DNA of 64,000 nt from Pelagomonas calceolata (taxonomy: Eukaryota), in contig CAKKNE010000001.1 of NCBI GenBank assembly GCA_918797485.1, forward strand, positions 1,922,001 to 1,986,000, written 5' to 3'. Below, one piece after another: positions 50,555-60,133 of the stretch. Below the pieces are notes generated by a model. The model did no database searches. It had not been told where the DNA came from and worked only from the letters and a program-made list of their open reading frames with translations. A program made the position numbers and the translations under genes. Position 1 is the stretch's first letter, and each line of letters starts with the position of its first letter.

Positions 50555-51658
50555 ATGGCCGCCGTCTACGAGGGCTGGGAGTACCCGCCGCCCGACTGCT
50601 ATTCGTGCGATCATCGCGACAGCGAGGGCCATTTGAGGTACAAAGGGGCGCTGCTCAAGAAGGGCGGTTCGCGATCAGCAAAAATAAAAACCGACCGCAA
50701 CAGCGGCGACAAGACGCCGAAATCTTCTTTCTTTGGGCGACGGAACTGGTCCGACCGCTTCTTTTACCTGGATCTGGACAAGGGCCACTGGAGCTACTAC
50801 AAGGATGCCGGGTATGAAAATCTAGCCGGTGTTGTTAGACTACTCCCTCACTCGTCGATAGTAGTACCGGAAGAGGTAAGATTGCGAGGCAGACACGCCC
50901 CGACGGACCCCACCGAGACGCTCAACTACTTCGAGGTCCACCACACGACCGACGACGCGGGCAAGGTCCGGACGGCGCCGTTCGTGGTCCGGGCGCCCTC
51001 ACCTAGGGAGTTCGAGGACTGGTTGAGAGCCTTAAGGTGGTGTCTGGCTCGCCTGAGACGGGGCTCCTTGTCCGAGGAACCTTCCGCGGGCGGCGTGTCG
51101 CGGGACTTCTACCTGAGCGGGGGCTCGGCGGCGGCGGGCCTGAGTGTGGCCTCGTCGGCGGCGGGCGTGACCCCGGAGACGCACACGGCGTCCACGACGC
51201 CGCCCCCAAAACCGGCCGCGAACTACAAGGACGAGCTCGAGGAGGCCTTGGACAACGTCCGCCTCTCCGGTCAATCTGAAAGAAAATCCGAGGAAGAAAG
51301 GCCCGCGTCGACGGAATTGAGGTTGGGCTTCGACGCGCGCGCCTTTTTGGACATGGAGTACTACTACCAGGACATGAACGGCGCGCAGAAGGGCCCCGTC
51401 GACTTCGAGGGACTGAAGGCCGTCTGGACGCGTTCTGAAATAGACGAGCTGTCCTATATCTACACCAATAGGAAAGACGAGTGGGTCGACCTCGCCTCGC
51501 TGCCTACTCTGATGAAGTTGCTCACATCAAGGACGTCCGACCCGCCGCCGCCCCCGCCGCCGCCGCCCCCGCCGCCACCACCTGTCCAAGCGCGGGCGGG
51601 CGTGCCCTACGCGTCGCCGACGTCGCGGGGCCCGGCGCCGCGCGCCTTCCGGCTCTGA
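50555..51658 (+). CDS. PH domain + GYF-like domain + polyproline protein
   Basis: YKGALLKKG..RRNWSDRFF..WLRAL; YYYQD..QKGPV.. Confidence 0.82.
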   Translation: MAAVYEGWEYPPPDCYSCDHRDSEGHLRYKGALLKKGGSRSAKIKTDRNSGDKTPKSSFFGRRNWSDRFFYLDLDKGHWSYYKDAGYENLAGVVRLLPHSSIVVPEEVRLRGRHAPTDPTETLNYFEVHHTTDDAGKVRTAPFVVRAPSPREFEDWLRALRWCLARLRRGSLSEEPSAGGVSRDFYLSGGSAAAGLSVASSAAGVTPETHTASTTPPPKPAANYKDELEEALDNVRLSGQSERKSEEERPASTELRLGFDARAFLDMEYYYQDMNGAQKGPVDFEGLKAVWTRSEIDELSYIYTNRKDEWVDLASLPTLMKLLTSRTSDPPPPPPPPPPPPPPVQARAGVPYASPTSRGPAPRAFRL

Positions 51659-51691
51659 TTTTGTTCCCCTACCATGTAAGACAGTTAGACA

Positions 51692-53439
51692 CTAGAGGTA
51701 GGCCGCCTGGACGCGGGACTTCTGGCGCCGCTTCGCTTTGATCTTGTCGCGGTCGCCGCCCTTGGCCTTCTTCGGCGGCGGCTTGCCGCCCTTGAAGCCG
51801 AGCGTCTTCAGAGGCGGCGGGTAGTCCGCGGCGCCGTAACGGTCCTTGTCGGCGGTCGACAGAAGCCAGGGCGTGTGGCACGACGGCGCTGGCACCTTCG
51901 CGAGTTCGGGGCACCAGAGCTTGACGTATTGACCGTCGGCGTCGTAGTCCTTGGACTGCTTGAGGATGTTGAAACGGTTGATCCGGCCGCCGCTGAGGCC
52001 CGCCGCGGCGTGCCAGTTGCCCCAGTTCGACTCCGGCGTGTAGTCGACGAGGAGCTCCTCGAAGTGCTCCGCGCCCAACCGCCAGTCGAGGCCGAGGTCG
52101 TGGACGAGGTAGGACGCGACGTTCTGGCGGCCGCGGTTCGACATGAAGCCCGTCGCCCGCAACTCCCTCATGTTCGCATCCACCAAAGGCGCGCCCGTCC
52201 GCCCCTCCTTCCATGCTCTCAAAGCATTACTATCGACGCGCCATTTTTGCGAGGAACCCTTGACGCCGTACGGGAAGAAGAGCTTCTCTCCATATTTGTG
52301 CGCGTAGTACACGAAGTAGTCGCGCCACGTCAATTCGAACTTGACCCAGTACGTGCTCTTGTTGGCCACTCTTTTCTGTTCATATTTCGCACATTCATGA
52401 GCGACGCGGCGCGGCGACAGGCAGCCCCGCGCGAGCCAGGGTGCGAACTTCGTGGAGTAGCCCTGGCCGACCATGCCTGTGTGTGTTCAGTGTCCACGTG
52501 ACGCCATCGTGGCGTCTGCGCCATTGCGTCGATGCGTCGTTGCGTCGATGGCGTCGATGGCGTACGGGAGCGACGCCATCGACGCGAGCTCCGCTCGTCG
52601 AAAGGACGCGGGCCGGCACCGTTGCGCGTGTCGAAGTAGGTCCGGAGGCGGTCCTCGTCCCAGACGTAGCGCTGGAGCCGTTCCAGCGCGGCGGCCTCGC
52701 CGCCCCGTGGGTCGAAGAAGTCGCCCCGCTTATCGACGGACGCGTCGCCGTAGCCCAGATCATTTAGAGAAGGGATCGCGTCGTCGAGACCGGAGCATGC
52801 AGGAGGCGCCGGCAGGTCCCGCGGCCGCGCGAAGCAGTCCGCTCGGACCGGCGTGTCACCCTTCTCGACGGACGTGCGCCAGGCCGTGAACTGGTCCTTG
52901 AAGGGGATATACGCTAAATCGTCGCGGTGGTAGAGCGTGCCGTCCCAGACTTTCGTGAGCGGCGCGATTTCTGACACGGCGGCTTCGTCTTTCTGTTCTT
53001 CCGAGCAGGCGGCCTCCGAGGAAATGATCGCGACATCATCGCCGAGCTCCTCACAAATATCGGCGAGGACCTGGCGCGGGCTGCCCCGGCGGACGACGAG
53101 GCCGGAGCCGAGGTCTTTTAGCGAGCCGCGCAGGTCCTCGAGGCTCTCCAACACGAACTTGGCCCGCCGCGCGCCCGTCTTTTGCGACGAGCCGAGGTCG
53201 CTCTTTGCCGAGGCGTCGAAGACCCGCGGGTCGAGGCAGAAGACCGGCAGCACCGGCGCGCCGCGCCTCGCGGCCTCGGCCAATAGAGCGTTGTCGTGCA
53301 CGCGCAGCTCGTCGCGGAGCCAGACGACCGTCGCCTTGCTCGCCATGGCGGACATTTTTCTTCCTCGGAGGAGCGAGTTCGGCGCGGCCAGCGAATGTGC
53401 GGTGCGTGCGAGTGCCAGTAGACTCGTCGCTCGACGCAT
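51692..53439 (-). CDS. Cryptochrome DASH (photolyase family), 2 exons (intron 52477-52619)
   Basis: WLRDELRVHDN, GGEAAALERL, TRNG/MVGQGYSTKFAPWLARGCLSPR, TGFMSNRGRQNVAS, SNWGNW. Confidence 0.92.
52477..52619 (-). other. 143-nt GT-AG intron with several copies of the (GCGT)CGATGGCGT motif
   Basis: AAC G|GTGCCG...CACACACAG|GC ATG restores the conserved RNGM. Confidence 0.85.
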
Positions 53440-53719
53440 TCGATGCAGTCAGCACCCTCTGTGGGTGCTCTCGGCGACTGTACGTGGAGATCGCGCGGAG
53501 TTGTTGCACGAGCGGTTGAGAGCAGTGAAGCGCGCACTCTTGCTGTGTCCTGCTCGTTCTACTTGCACCGCTGACGGGTAATGACTGCGAGAGCACTGAG
53601 TTGTTGCAAACCAACTCACTCATCAACGGAGGTGCACTAGAAGCCTTCAGCACAGCCCCAGGGAGTCCCTTGGCGTCGCGCTAGAGCTGCATGGAGTGAT
53701 GGAGCTTCGGAACTGAGGC

Positions 53720-53741
53720 CTAGTGTCTTACTGGAGCTAAG
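53720..53741 (-). promoter_or_regulatory. Degenerate copy of the upstream motif (divergent promoter)
   Basis: ctagtgtcttactggagctaag. Confidence 0.45.
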
Positions 53742-53980
53742 GATCATCCGCTTTAATTTTGCCGCGCCGCTGCGTTTTGCCTCTGCTCTCCGCGCACAAC
53801 CGCTGCATCGACCAGCTCTCTCGCGTATCGCACAGCGCAGCCAGCCGCTGCTTCATCACCGCGCTCACCGCGCGTCGCAGTTCCCGGCGCCGTCGAGAAT
53901 CGTTCTCGCAGCGCGCACCACTGTTTGCCGAGCGCGCACGGCCCACAAGCAGCCAAACGCCTCTCGCATCTACCGCAGCC

Positions 53981-55111
53981 ATGTCCGATACCGAGGAGGA
54001 CGACTGGGACGACGCGCCCGAGGACGAGGAGGAGGACGCCGCCGTCTCCGAGCCCGAGGAGGAGGACGACGACGACGACGAGGAAGAAGAGGACGACGGC
54101 TCCGACAGCGACGAGGAGGACAACAAGCTGGACGCCGTCGAAGAGATGACCGGACCGCGCAAGAAAACGGCGCCCAAGCCCGCCGCCGTGGCCGAGGCGC
54201 CGAAGAAGCCCGCCGCCAAGCGCGGCTCGGCCGCGTCGGCCAAGAGCGCCAAGAGCGCCGCGTCGGCGGCGTCCAAGCAGAGCGCCCCGAAGAAGCGCAA
54301 GTCCGCCGAGTCGTCGAGCGACGAGGAGGAGTCTGACGACGACGACGGCACGGAGCAAGTATCAAAGCCGCCTCCCAAGAAGAAGCCCTCGCTGACCGAC
54401 GCGAACGTCAAGAAGGAGGAACCCGAGGTCAAAAAGAAGCTGCCCCAGAAGGGCGACGCGCGCGGCGAGATCGAGCATTTGTTGCTGGAAGCCAATAGGC
54501 CCTTCGGCGTGAACGACGTCGTACAGAAGCTCGCGCCGCGCTACGACAAAGGTGTTGTGCAATCTATGTTAGATGCTTTAGAACGGCAGGGCGTCCTGCA
54601 GTCGAAGGCCGTCGTCGCCCAACAAAAGGCCTACTGGCCCGACCAGGCCAAAATAAAAGCGACGTCCATGGCCGACATCCGCGACATGAGCTGCGACGTG
54701 AGGGATGCGAAGTGCGACGCCAAGGAGGCCGACGAGGACGCGTCCAAGCTCGAGCGCCGCGCGGAGCGTTTGCTAGCGGAGCCCGCCAACGATGCGTTGG
54801 ATGCGGCCGTCGCCGCGGCCGAGAAGGAGGCGTCGGACTTGGAGGCGCGCCTCAAGCGCGCGAGCCAGGCGCCGCCCGTCAAACCGCGCGACATGGTGCG
54901 CGCCGTCAAGAAGCACAACGAGCACCGCGGCCTGTGGCTCAAGCGGAAGCGGGCCTTCAAGGAGGTCGTCGAGGTGATCGCCGAGAACATGGATTTGCAC
55001 CCCAAAAAATTCATCGCGGCGGTCGCCGACGCGCAGGACGTCGAGACGGACGAGGACGCCGGTGCGACGCTGCCGCCGCCCGACGCGATTCCTGTGCCCT
55101 CCCTCAAGTAG
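53981..55111 (+). CDS. HOP2: HOP2/TBPIP homologous-pairing protein with acidic/basic N-terminal extension
   Basis: LLEANRPFGVNDV..VQSMLDAL..QKAYWPDQ winged helix; coiled coil; WLKRKRAF. Confidence 0.8.
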   Translation: MSDTEEDDWDDAPEDEEEDAAVSEPEEEDDDDDEEEEDDGSDSDEEDNKLDAVEEMTGPRKKTAPKPAAVAEAPKKPAAKRGSAASAKSAKSAASAASKQSAPKKRKSAESSSDEEESDDDDGTEQVSKPPPKKKPSLTDANVKKEEPEVKKKLPQKGDARGEIEHLLLEANRPFGVNDVVQKLAPRYDKGVVQSMLDALERQGVLQSKAVVAQQKAYWPDQAKIKATSMADIRDMSCDVRDAKCDAKEADEDASKLERRAERLLAEPANDALDAAVAAAEKEASDLEARLKRASQAPPVKPRDMVRAVKKHNEHRGLWLKRKRAFKEVVEVIAENMDLHPKKFIAAVADAQDVETDEDAGATLPPPDAIPVPSLK

Positions 55112-55222
55112 ATTCCCCCATCCCTCGAGAGCACTAAGGCTCCTCATACGTGTCTTTTGGCTCCTCTCGTCATCATACGTATTACTCCCCTGGGGCCCTC
55201 GAGCGAGCCGCCGAGGCACCGC

Positions 55223-55684
55223 TCATCGCAGCGTCGCGTACGCCTTGCCGTTGAAGAAGGACCCGTTGTGGAACGCGCCCTTCCACTCGACCTTGTCCGT
55301 GTCCGTGTAGCAGCCCTCGCCGTGCATCCTTCCGGCTTTCCACCCGCCAACGTAAGAGGCGCCGTCCGCCCATTTATAAGTACCTTCGCCCGAGAAAACA
55401 CCCTCCTCGAAGCCGCCCTCGTAGGTCGCGCCGCTCGCGAAGGCGCACCGCCCGACGCCGTGGAGCTTGTCGCTCACCCACTCGCCTTCGCTCGTCTCGG
55501 GCCCTTGCGTGAGCGTACCGTAGCCGTTCCGCCTCCTGACTCCATCCTCCGTGGCGTACTGGCCTTCATATCTACTTCCGTCGACGAAGGTGAAGAGCCC
55601 TTCGCCGCTCTCCTCCTCAGGTTCGCTCGGCTCGCTCGGCGGCGCGCTTGCGAGGCTAGCTTCTTGGGACGGGGGCCGGGACAT
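55223..55684 (-). CDS. MORN-repeat protein
   Basis: YEGQY, GEWVSDKLHGVG, YEGGF..GEG, YVGGWKAGRMHGEG. Confidence 0.9.
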   Translation of the reverse strand: MSRPPSQEASLASAPPSEPSEPEEESGEGLFTFVDGSRYEGQYATEDGVRRRNGYGTLTQGPETSEGEWVSDKLHGVGRCAFASGATYEGGFEEGVFSGEGTYKWADGASYVGGWKAGRMHGEGCYTDTDKVEWKGAFHNGSFFNGKAYATLR

Positions 55685-55686
55685 GG

Positions 55687-55778
55687 TCGCTGCGACGGCG
55701 TAAGCGTGCGTTAGGCTCGCTGCGACGGCGTAAGCGTGCGTGGATAGGCTGCCCCTTCGCTCTGGGCGTAAGCGTGCC
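55687..55778. repeat. 30-bp-period direct repeat upstream of the MORN gene (2 copies plus a degenerate third)
   Basis: tcgctgcgacggcgtaagcgtgcgt at 55687 and 55717. Confidence 0.85.
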
Positions 55779-55935
55779 CGTCGCAGAGCTGCCCCGGTTG
55801 CGTTGTGCTCTTGCTAGGTATGCCTACTAGGCCTGAGCATACGCGCGACCGCGCGCTACTTTCGCCCGAAGCTTCGCCGCGCCGGCGAGTCCTAATAACA
55901 CGACTGATTGACAACACACACACCTTAAGGGAGGA

Positions 55936-56319
55936 CTAGACGTGCCCCGCGTCGTCCTCCGCGCTAAAATCCAAAAGCTCCACCTCGTACGTCAGCGTCG
56001 CCGCCGGCGGGACCACGGGCATGAACCCCTCCTGGCCGTAGCCCAACGATGGCGGCACCGTGAAGACGCAAATCTGCCCTACTGACATCTTCGGAATACC
56101 GTCTTCGAGGCCCGGGATGAGCTGTCCGGCCCCCAACTTGAAGATGAGGGCGCGCTTCCGGTCTCTGGACGAATCGAAGACGTCGCCGTTCTCCAACCGG
56201 GCCTCGTAGTGGACGCGGCACGTACACCCCGGCGCGGGAAAGTGCGTCGCGTTGCCCGGGCGCTTCGTGATCACGCCCAGCTCGTTCTGGCCCTTCTTTT
56301 TTTTTGCTGCGGCGTCCAT
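55936..56319 (-). CDS. FKBP-type peptidyl-prolyl isomerase
   Basis: VHYEARLENGDVFDSSRDR, QLIPG, GYG, VPPAATLTYEVELL. Confidence 0.93.
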   Translation of the reverse strand: MDAAAKKKKGQNELGVITKRPGNATHFPAPGCTCRVHYEARLENGDVFDSSRDRKRALIFKLGAGQLIPGLEDGIPKMSVGQICVFTVPPSLGYGQEGFMPVVPPAATLTYEVELLDFSAEDDAGHV

Positions 56320-56508
56320 GGCTTCGAGCTCGGCCGCCTAGCCACCCCCTGGGTGCTGTACAACCGGTAGGTAGGTAGATGAATGCGCGCCCGCGGGGCA
56401 GCCTCGGTCGCGGCCGATCGGGTCCCAGGCGATGCGAAGAGCTCCTAGGGCGCGTCGACGGGCGTCGGATAACACCAATTAGCGCGCAGCGCATAAAAGC
56501 GCTGTTTT

Positions 56509-56536
56509 GCTTGCTAGTGTGTTACTGGCCGCTAGC
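56509..56536 (-). promoter_or_regulatory. Copy of recurrent CTAG-bracketed upstream motif (divergent promoter)
   Basis: gcttgctagtgtgttactggccgctagc. Confidence 0.65.
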
Positions 56537-56763
56537 TAGCGCGGCTGTGAACGCAGTGGAGAGCCCATTGCGGCGAAGAGCGGCCTGTGGCGTGCGCAGG
56601 AAGCGTTTCTGGCTCAGACGCGCTCAGCCGTTCGGTCGGCGTCAGGTCGCCGCGTCGCGAAACGCCCAGACGGTCGGGAGAGCGAGGTGCTTGCAGCGAA
56701 GTGCAAAGCGGTACGCCGTCGAAGCGGCGCTGCCGAAGCAAGTCAACGCAAGCGTAAACAACC

Positions 56764-57615
56764 ATGGCCGACGTCAAGGCTAGACTGGAGCAGATGCTCA
56801 AGGACGACCACGCTTCTGGGGGAGGCGGCGTCACCAATGAACAACTAAAAGACGCGTTCGGCGACGAGTTCGACGACCTGCCGGCGATTATCAACGAGCT
56901 GATTAACACGGACCGCATGGAGTTGCTGCAGGGCGAGGGTAGGACGACGCTTGCGTACCAGTGGATTCCGGAGGATAGAGCTGCGAGACTAGGTGAGCTG
57001 ACGAACGAACAGAGGTTAGTTCTACAAGTTGTTGAGAGAGCCGACACGTCCGGTGTGTGGTTACGAGATATTAAATCCGCGACCTCCATGCAGCAGCAAA
57101 CTTTAAATAAAGCTCTGAAAGTACTGGAAAGTAGGAAATTAGTGAAGACGGTCCGCTCCGTGCAACAAAAGACCAAAAAACTCTACATGGCCTACGACCT
57201 CGCACCGACGCGAGAAGTGAGTGGCGGGCCCTGGTACACGGATCACGAATTTGATCATGAATTTGTATCTGCGATAAAGACAGTTGTGGTTTCTTGTGTG
57301 AAAGCATTGGGGAACTGTACGCTCGAAGATATCCACCAGGCGGTGCTAGGGACCAAGGTTTCTACCGTCCCGTTAAGTATCTCGGACGTACAGACCGTCG
57401 TCGAAGCGTTGCTGGCCGACTCGCAGCTCGAGCGGTTGCACGCGTCGGATGACGCGCGGTTCAAGGTGGCCAAGCCCTGCGTGAATACGGACTGGGTCGC
57501 CGAGGTGCCGTCCGGGACGTGTCCGTGGCCGCGGTGCCGCGCGGAGAACGGTGGCACGTGCAACGCCGAGTCGTGCCTGTACCTGGACGCGTGGCTCGAC
57601 GAGGCTAGCACCTAA
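56764..57615 (+). CDS. POLR3F: RNA polymerase III subunit RPC34/RPC6
   Basis: GVWLRDIK, LKVLESRKLVK, KKLYM..VSGGPWYTD.EFD.EFV; C-terminal Cys cluster. Confidence 0.9.
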   Translation: MADVKARLEQMLKDDHASGGGGVTNEQLKDAFGDEFDDLPAIINELINTDRMELLQGEGRTTLAYQWIPEDRAARLGELTNEQRLVLQVVERADTSGVWLRDIKSATSMQQQTLNKALKVLESRKLVKTVRSVQQKTKKLYMAYDLAPTREVSGGPWYTDHEFDHEFVSAIKTVVVSCVKALGNCTLEDIHQAVLGTKVSTVPLSISDVQTVVEALLADSQLERLHASDDARFKVAKPCVNTDWVAEVPSGTCPWPRCRAENGGTCNAESCLYLDAWLDEAST

Positions 57616-57623
57616 CTTGTATG

Positions 57624-58679
57624 TTATGTTTTAATGACGTACTGTCTCAAAAAAGACGTCGCGGCGGGCACGCATCTCTCGGCCGTCCGCTCGGCGTCGA
57701 ACAGGAGGCCGTATTTGTCAAAATCCAGCACGGGAATTTTGAGGAACCTGGCGACAGGTAATAAAGGCCCGAGGAAGTTCTGCATCTCGACGTTGACGTC
57801 CGGTGCCAAGAAGGACACGTGGCACGGCGCGTCCGCGCCGGCGAAGGCGATCACGCCGCGCTGCGGCCACGTCGTTGGTGTTACACCAACAGCAATACTC
57901 TTCACGTCGCCGGGAAACCGCTCGCGGACAAATTTTAATGGGACCGCCCCATCGCCTTCGCTCGCGATAGCTAGGAAAGGGACATCCGGGACGGCGTCCC
58001 GGCCGAAGCCCGCGATGGCCACGGCGCCTTTCGCTTGAGGCACCTTCAGCGCCGTCGCAGCACCTGCAGAATGGCCGAGCGCGCCGATGGCGCCCGTCGC
58101 GCCCCGCCGCTTCGCGTGCTCCAGAGCCGCGACCACGATTTTATCACGGCTCGAGCCGCCGTCTTTGTCGGGCGTATAGCTTCCCGCTAGTGTCTCGTCA
58201 AAATCCGGCGCGATGGCCACGGCGCCCTCTCTTGCAAGCGCTTCGCCGAATTTTGAGAGGTCAAAACGCGTCCCCAGGAAGCCGTGTGCGACGACGACGA
58301 CAGGCGTGCCATCCTTCACCGTCGCGCCGGGCGCCTCCCTTACACCCGGGGCGTCCAGCGCAAAGGTCCGGGCGATGGCGTCGGGCGTCGGCAGTCCGAG
58401 GATCGTCTTCACGAGGCGGCCCGCCGAGATGCGGTACTTGTAGCTCGCTGGTGGCGCGTCGGCGCCGTCTGAGGGCAGCCAGACGCACGCCGGCACGCGC
58501 GCGCCGCACGGCAGGTCCAGAACGACGTCGTCGTACCCTATAACGGCTGCCGATGGGGCGGCATTGCTGGCGCCGGGCACTGCTGCCGCCGCGAGGCTGC
58601 CGGTGATGGCGTTGCGGCGCGAGAGCGGGGCGGAGAGGGCTGCTATCGTCGCCGGCAGCAGTAATATCATTGATTTCAT
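57624..58679 (-). CDS. Alpha/beta hydrolase with signal peptide and twin-Arg lumen-targeting motif
   Basis: LSRRNAI..ASNA; VAHGFLG; GHSAG nucleophile elbow. Confidence 0.85.
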   Translation of the reverse strand: MKSMILLLPATIAALSAPLSRRNAITGSLAAAAVPGASNAAPSAAVIGYDDVVLDLPCGARVPACVWLPSDGADAPPASYKYRISAGRLVKTILGLPTPDAIARTFALDAPGVREAPGATVKDGTPVVVVAHGFLGTRFDLSKFGEALAREGAVAIAPDFDETLAGSYTPDKDGGSSRDKIVVAALEHAKRRGATGAIGALGHSAGAATALKVPQAKGAVAIAGFGRDAVPDVPFLAIASEGDGAVPLKFVRERFPGDVKSIAVGVTPTTWPQRGVIAFAGADAPCHVSFLAPDVNVEMQNFLGPLLPVARFLKIPVLDFDKYGLLFDAERTAERCVPAATSFLRQYVIKT

Positions 58680-58820
58680 TGTGGCAGGGGTGGCAGCGTG
58701 CAGGATGCAGCTGTTTGCACGCAGTTGTCTCGATACGAGCTGTAGCGATGCCGCTACAAATGTGTAGTACCAAAAAGGCTGCGAATAGCCGAAAAGCCGC
58801 AGACTCGACCCTCCAAAGGA

Positions 58821-58848
58821 GCTAGCGGCATGTAAGGCACTAGCAAGC
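58821..58848 (+). promoter_or_regulatory. Copy of recurrent CTAG-bracketed upstream motif (divergent promoter)
   Basis: gctagcggcatgtaaggcactagcaagc. Confidence 0.65.
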
Positions 58849-59006
58849 TAAAGCAGCGCATCCGCGCGATTTGGGCCAACCTGCTCTCTGCGCACGTCGC
58901 AGGGATCTATTCTCGACCAGAACAGATCCTACGCACGTCTAAAAGCTCTCAGAGACACCGCCCGGCCCGCGCCAAAATACACCTCTATTGACCCAGCACA
59001 CACACG

Positions 59007-60104
59007 ATGCTGTCGTCCCTGCCTGAAGACGCGTTGTACCACATTCTGAAGTTTGTCGATGAAAACGACGACGCGCGCTGCGCGAGGATCAGCAAGAGCT
59101 GGACGAACTTGAGGCGAGCATGGGTCGTTTCTCGCTCAAGTTTTCCTGGCGGCGAAGGCGTTGGAAGGGCTGGGCAAAATGGAGTCCAAGCCGTGGCATT
59201 TTCCTGCGACGGCAAACTTCTCGCCATCGGCGCCGACGACTTTGCACTCAATCTCATGGTTCTCGATGCCGTGACCGGCGACCTGCGACGCACGTTCCCG
59301 CGGCCCCTTGGGACCTCATGCTTGGATTTTTCGCCGACCGACAGCACAGTGCTTGTGGCGGGCGGCAGTAGAGATCTCATTGCTTACAATACGGCAACTG
59401 GCAATTCGCGCGAGCTCTGGCGCGGATCAGAGGAACTTAGATGTGTCACATTTTCGCCAGCGGGATCTACTATTGCGTATTGCCGCACGCTTATAGTCGC
59501 GGTCATCGATATTGGAGGACCCGACCCCACGCGCGACCCCTTTGCTGTGCCAGCTCGTGTCCTACTCACGACCCATCCCGGCGGACCTAGAAGAATAGAG
59601 GGCATCGCGTTCTCACCGACGGGGTCTGTGCTTGCGGTGGGCGTCGGTACGAGGGTCAAGTGCTACGACGTCGCCTCTGGCCAAGTACGCTCCGAAATTG
59701 CGCATGGTGGTTATGGCATCTGGACCATTGCCTACTCGTCTCGCGAGATAATTGCGGTGGGTGGTCCTGACGGTAAGCTCGTGCTTTATGACGCATCAAA
59801 CGGCCGATTAATCCGTGAGATTAGCCCCGCTGGGAACGGGTTATGCTTTTCGCCGGATGGGTTGATGATTGCTTTTCGGAAACATGGGTTGACGGGTGCA
59901 GGGCGCGTGTTTTTTTACGATGCTGAGACTGGCGACCTGCGCTTCGTTATCTCGCGCAACTACGGTATTCATGGGCTTGGGGCCGTTAGGTTCAGCCCCG
60001 ACGGAAAGACTGTTGCGGTAGGAGACTACAAGGGCAGGGCCGCCCTCTACGACGCCACAACCGGCGACCTGCGACGCATGCGCCGCGCGCCGCCGGCAGC
60101 CTAG
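59007..60104 (+). CDS. F-box-like + WD40 repeat protein
   Basis: LSSLPEDALYHILKFV; repeated FSPxG..LYD..TG. Confidence 0.82.
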   Translation: MLSSLPEDALYHILKFVDENDDARCARISKSWTNLRRAWVVSRSSFPGGEGVGRAGQNGVQAVAFSCDGKLLAIGADDFALNLMVLDAVTGDLRRTFPRPLGTSCLDFSPTDSTVLVAGGSRDLIAYNTATGNSRELWRGSEELRCVTFSPAGSTIAYCRTLIVAVIDIGGPDPTRDPFAVPARVLLTTHPGGPRRIEGIAFSPTGSVLAVGVGTRVKCYDVASGQVRSEIAHGGYGIWTIAYSSREIIAVGGPDGKLVLYDASNGRLIREISPAGNGLCFSPDGLMIAFRKHGLTGAGRVFFYDAETGDLRFVISRNYGIHGLGAVRFSPDGKTVAVGDYKGRAALYDATTGDLRRMRRAPPAA

Positions 60105-60133
60105 GAGGTGTAATAATGTGATGACTTAATACC

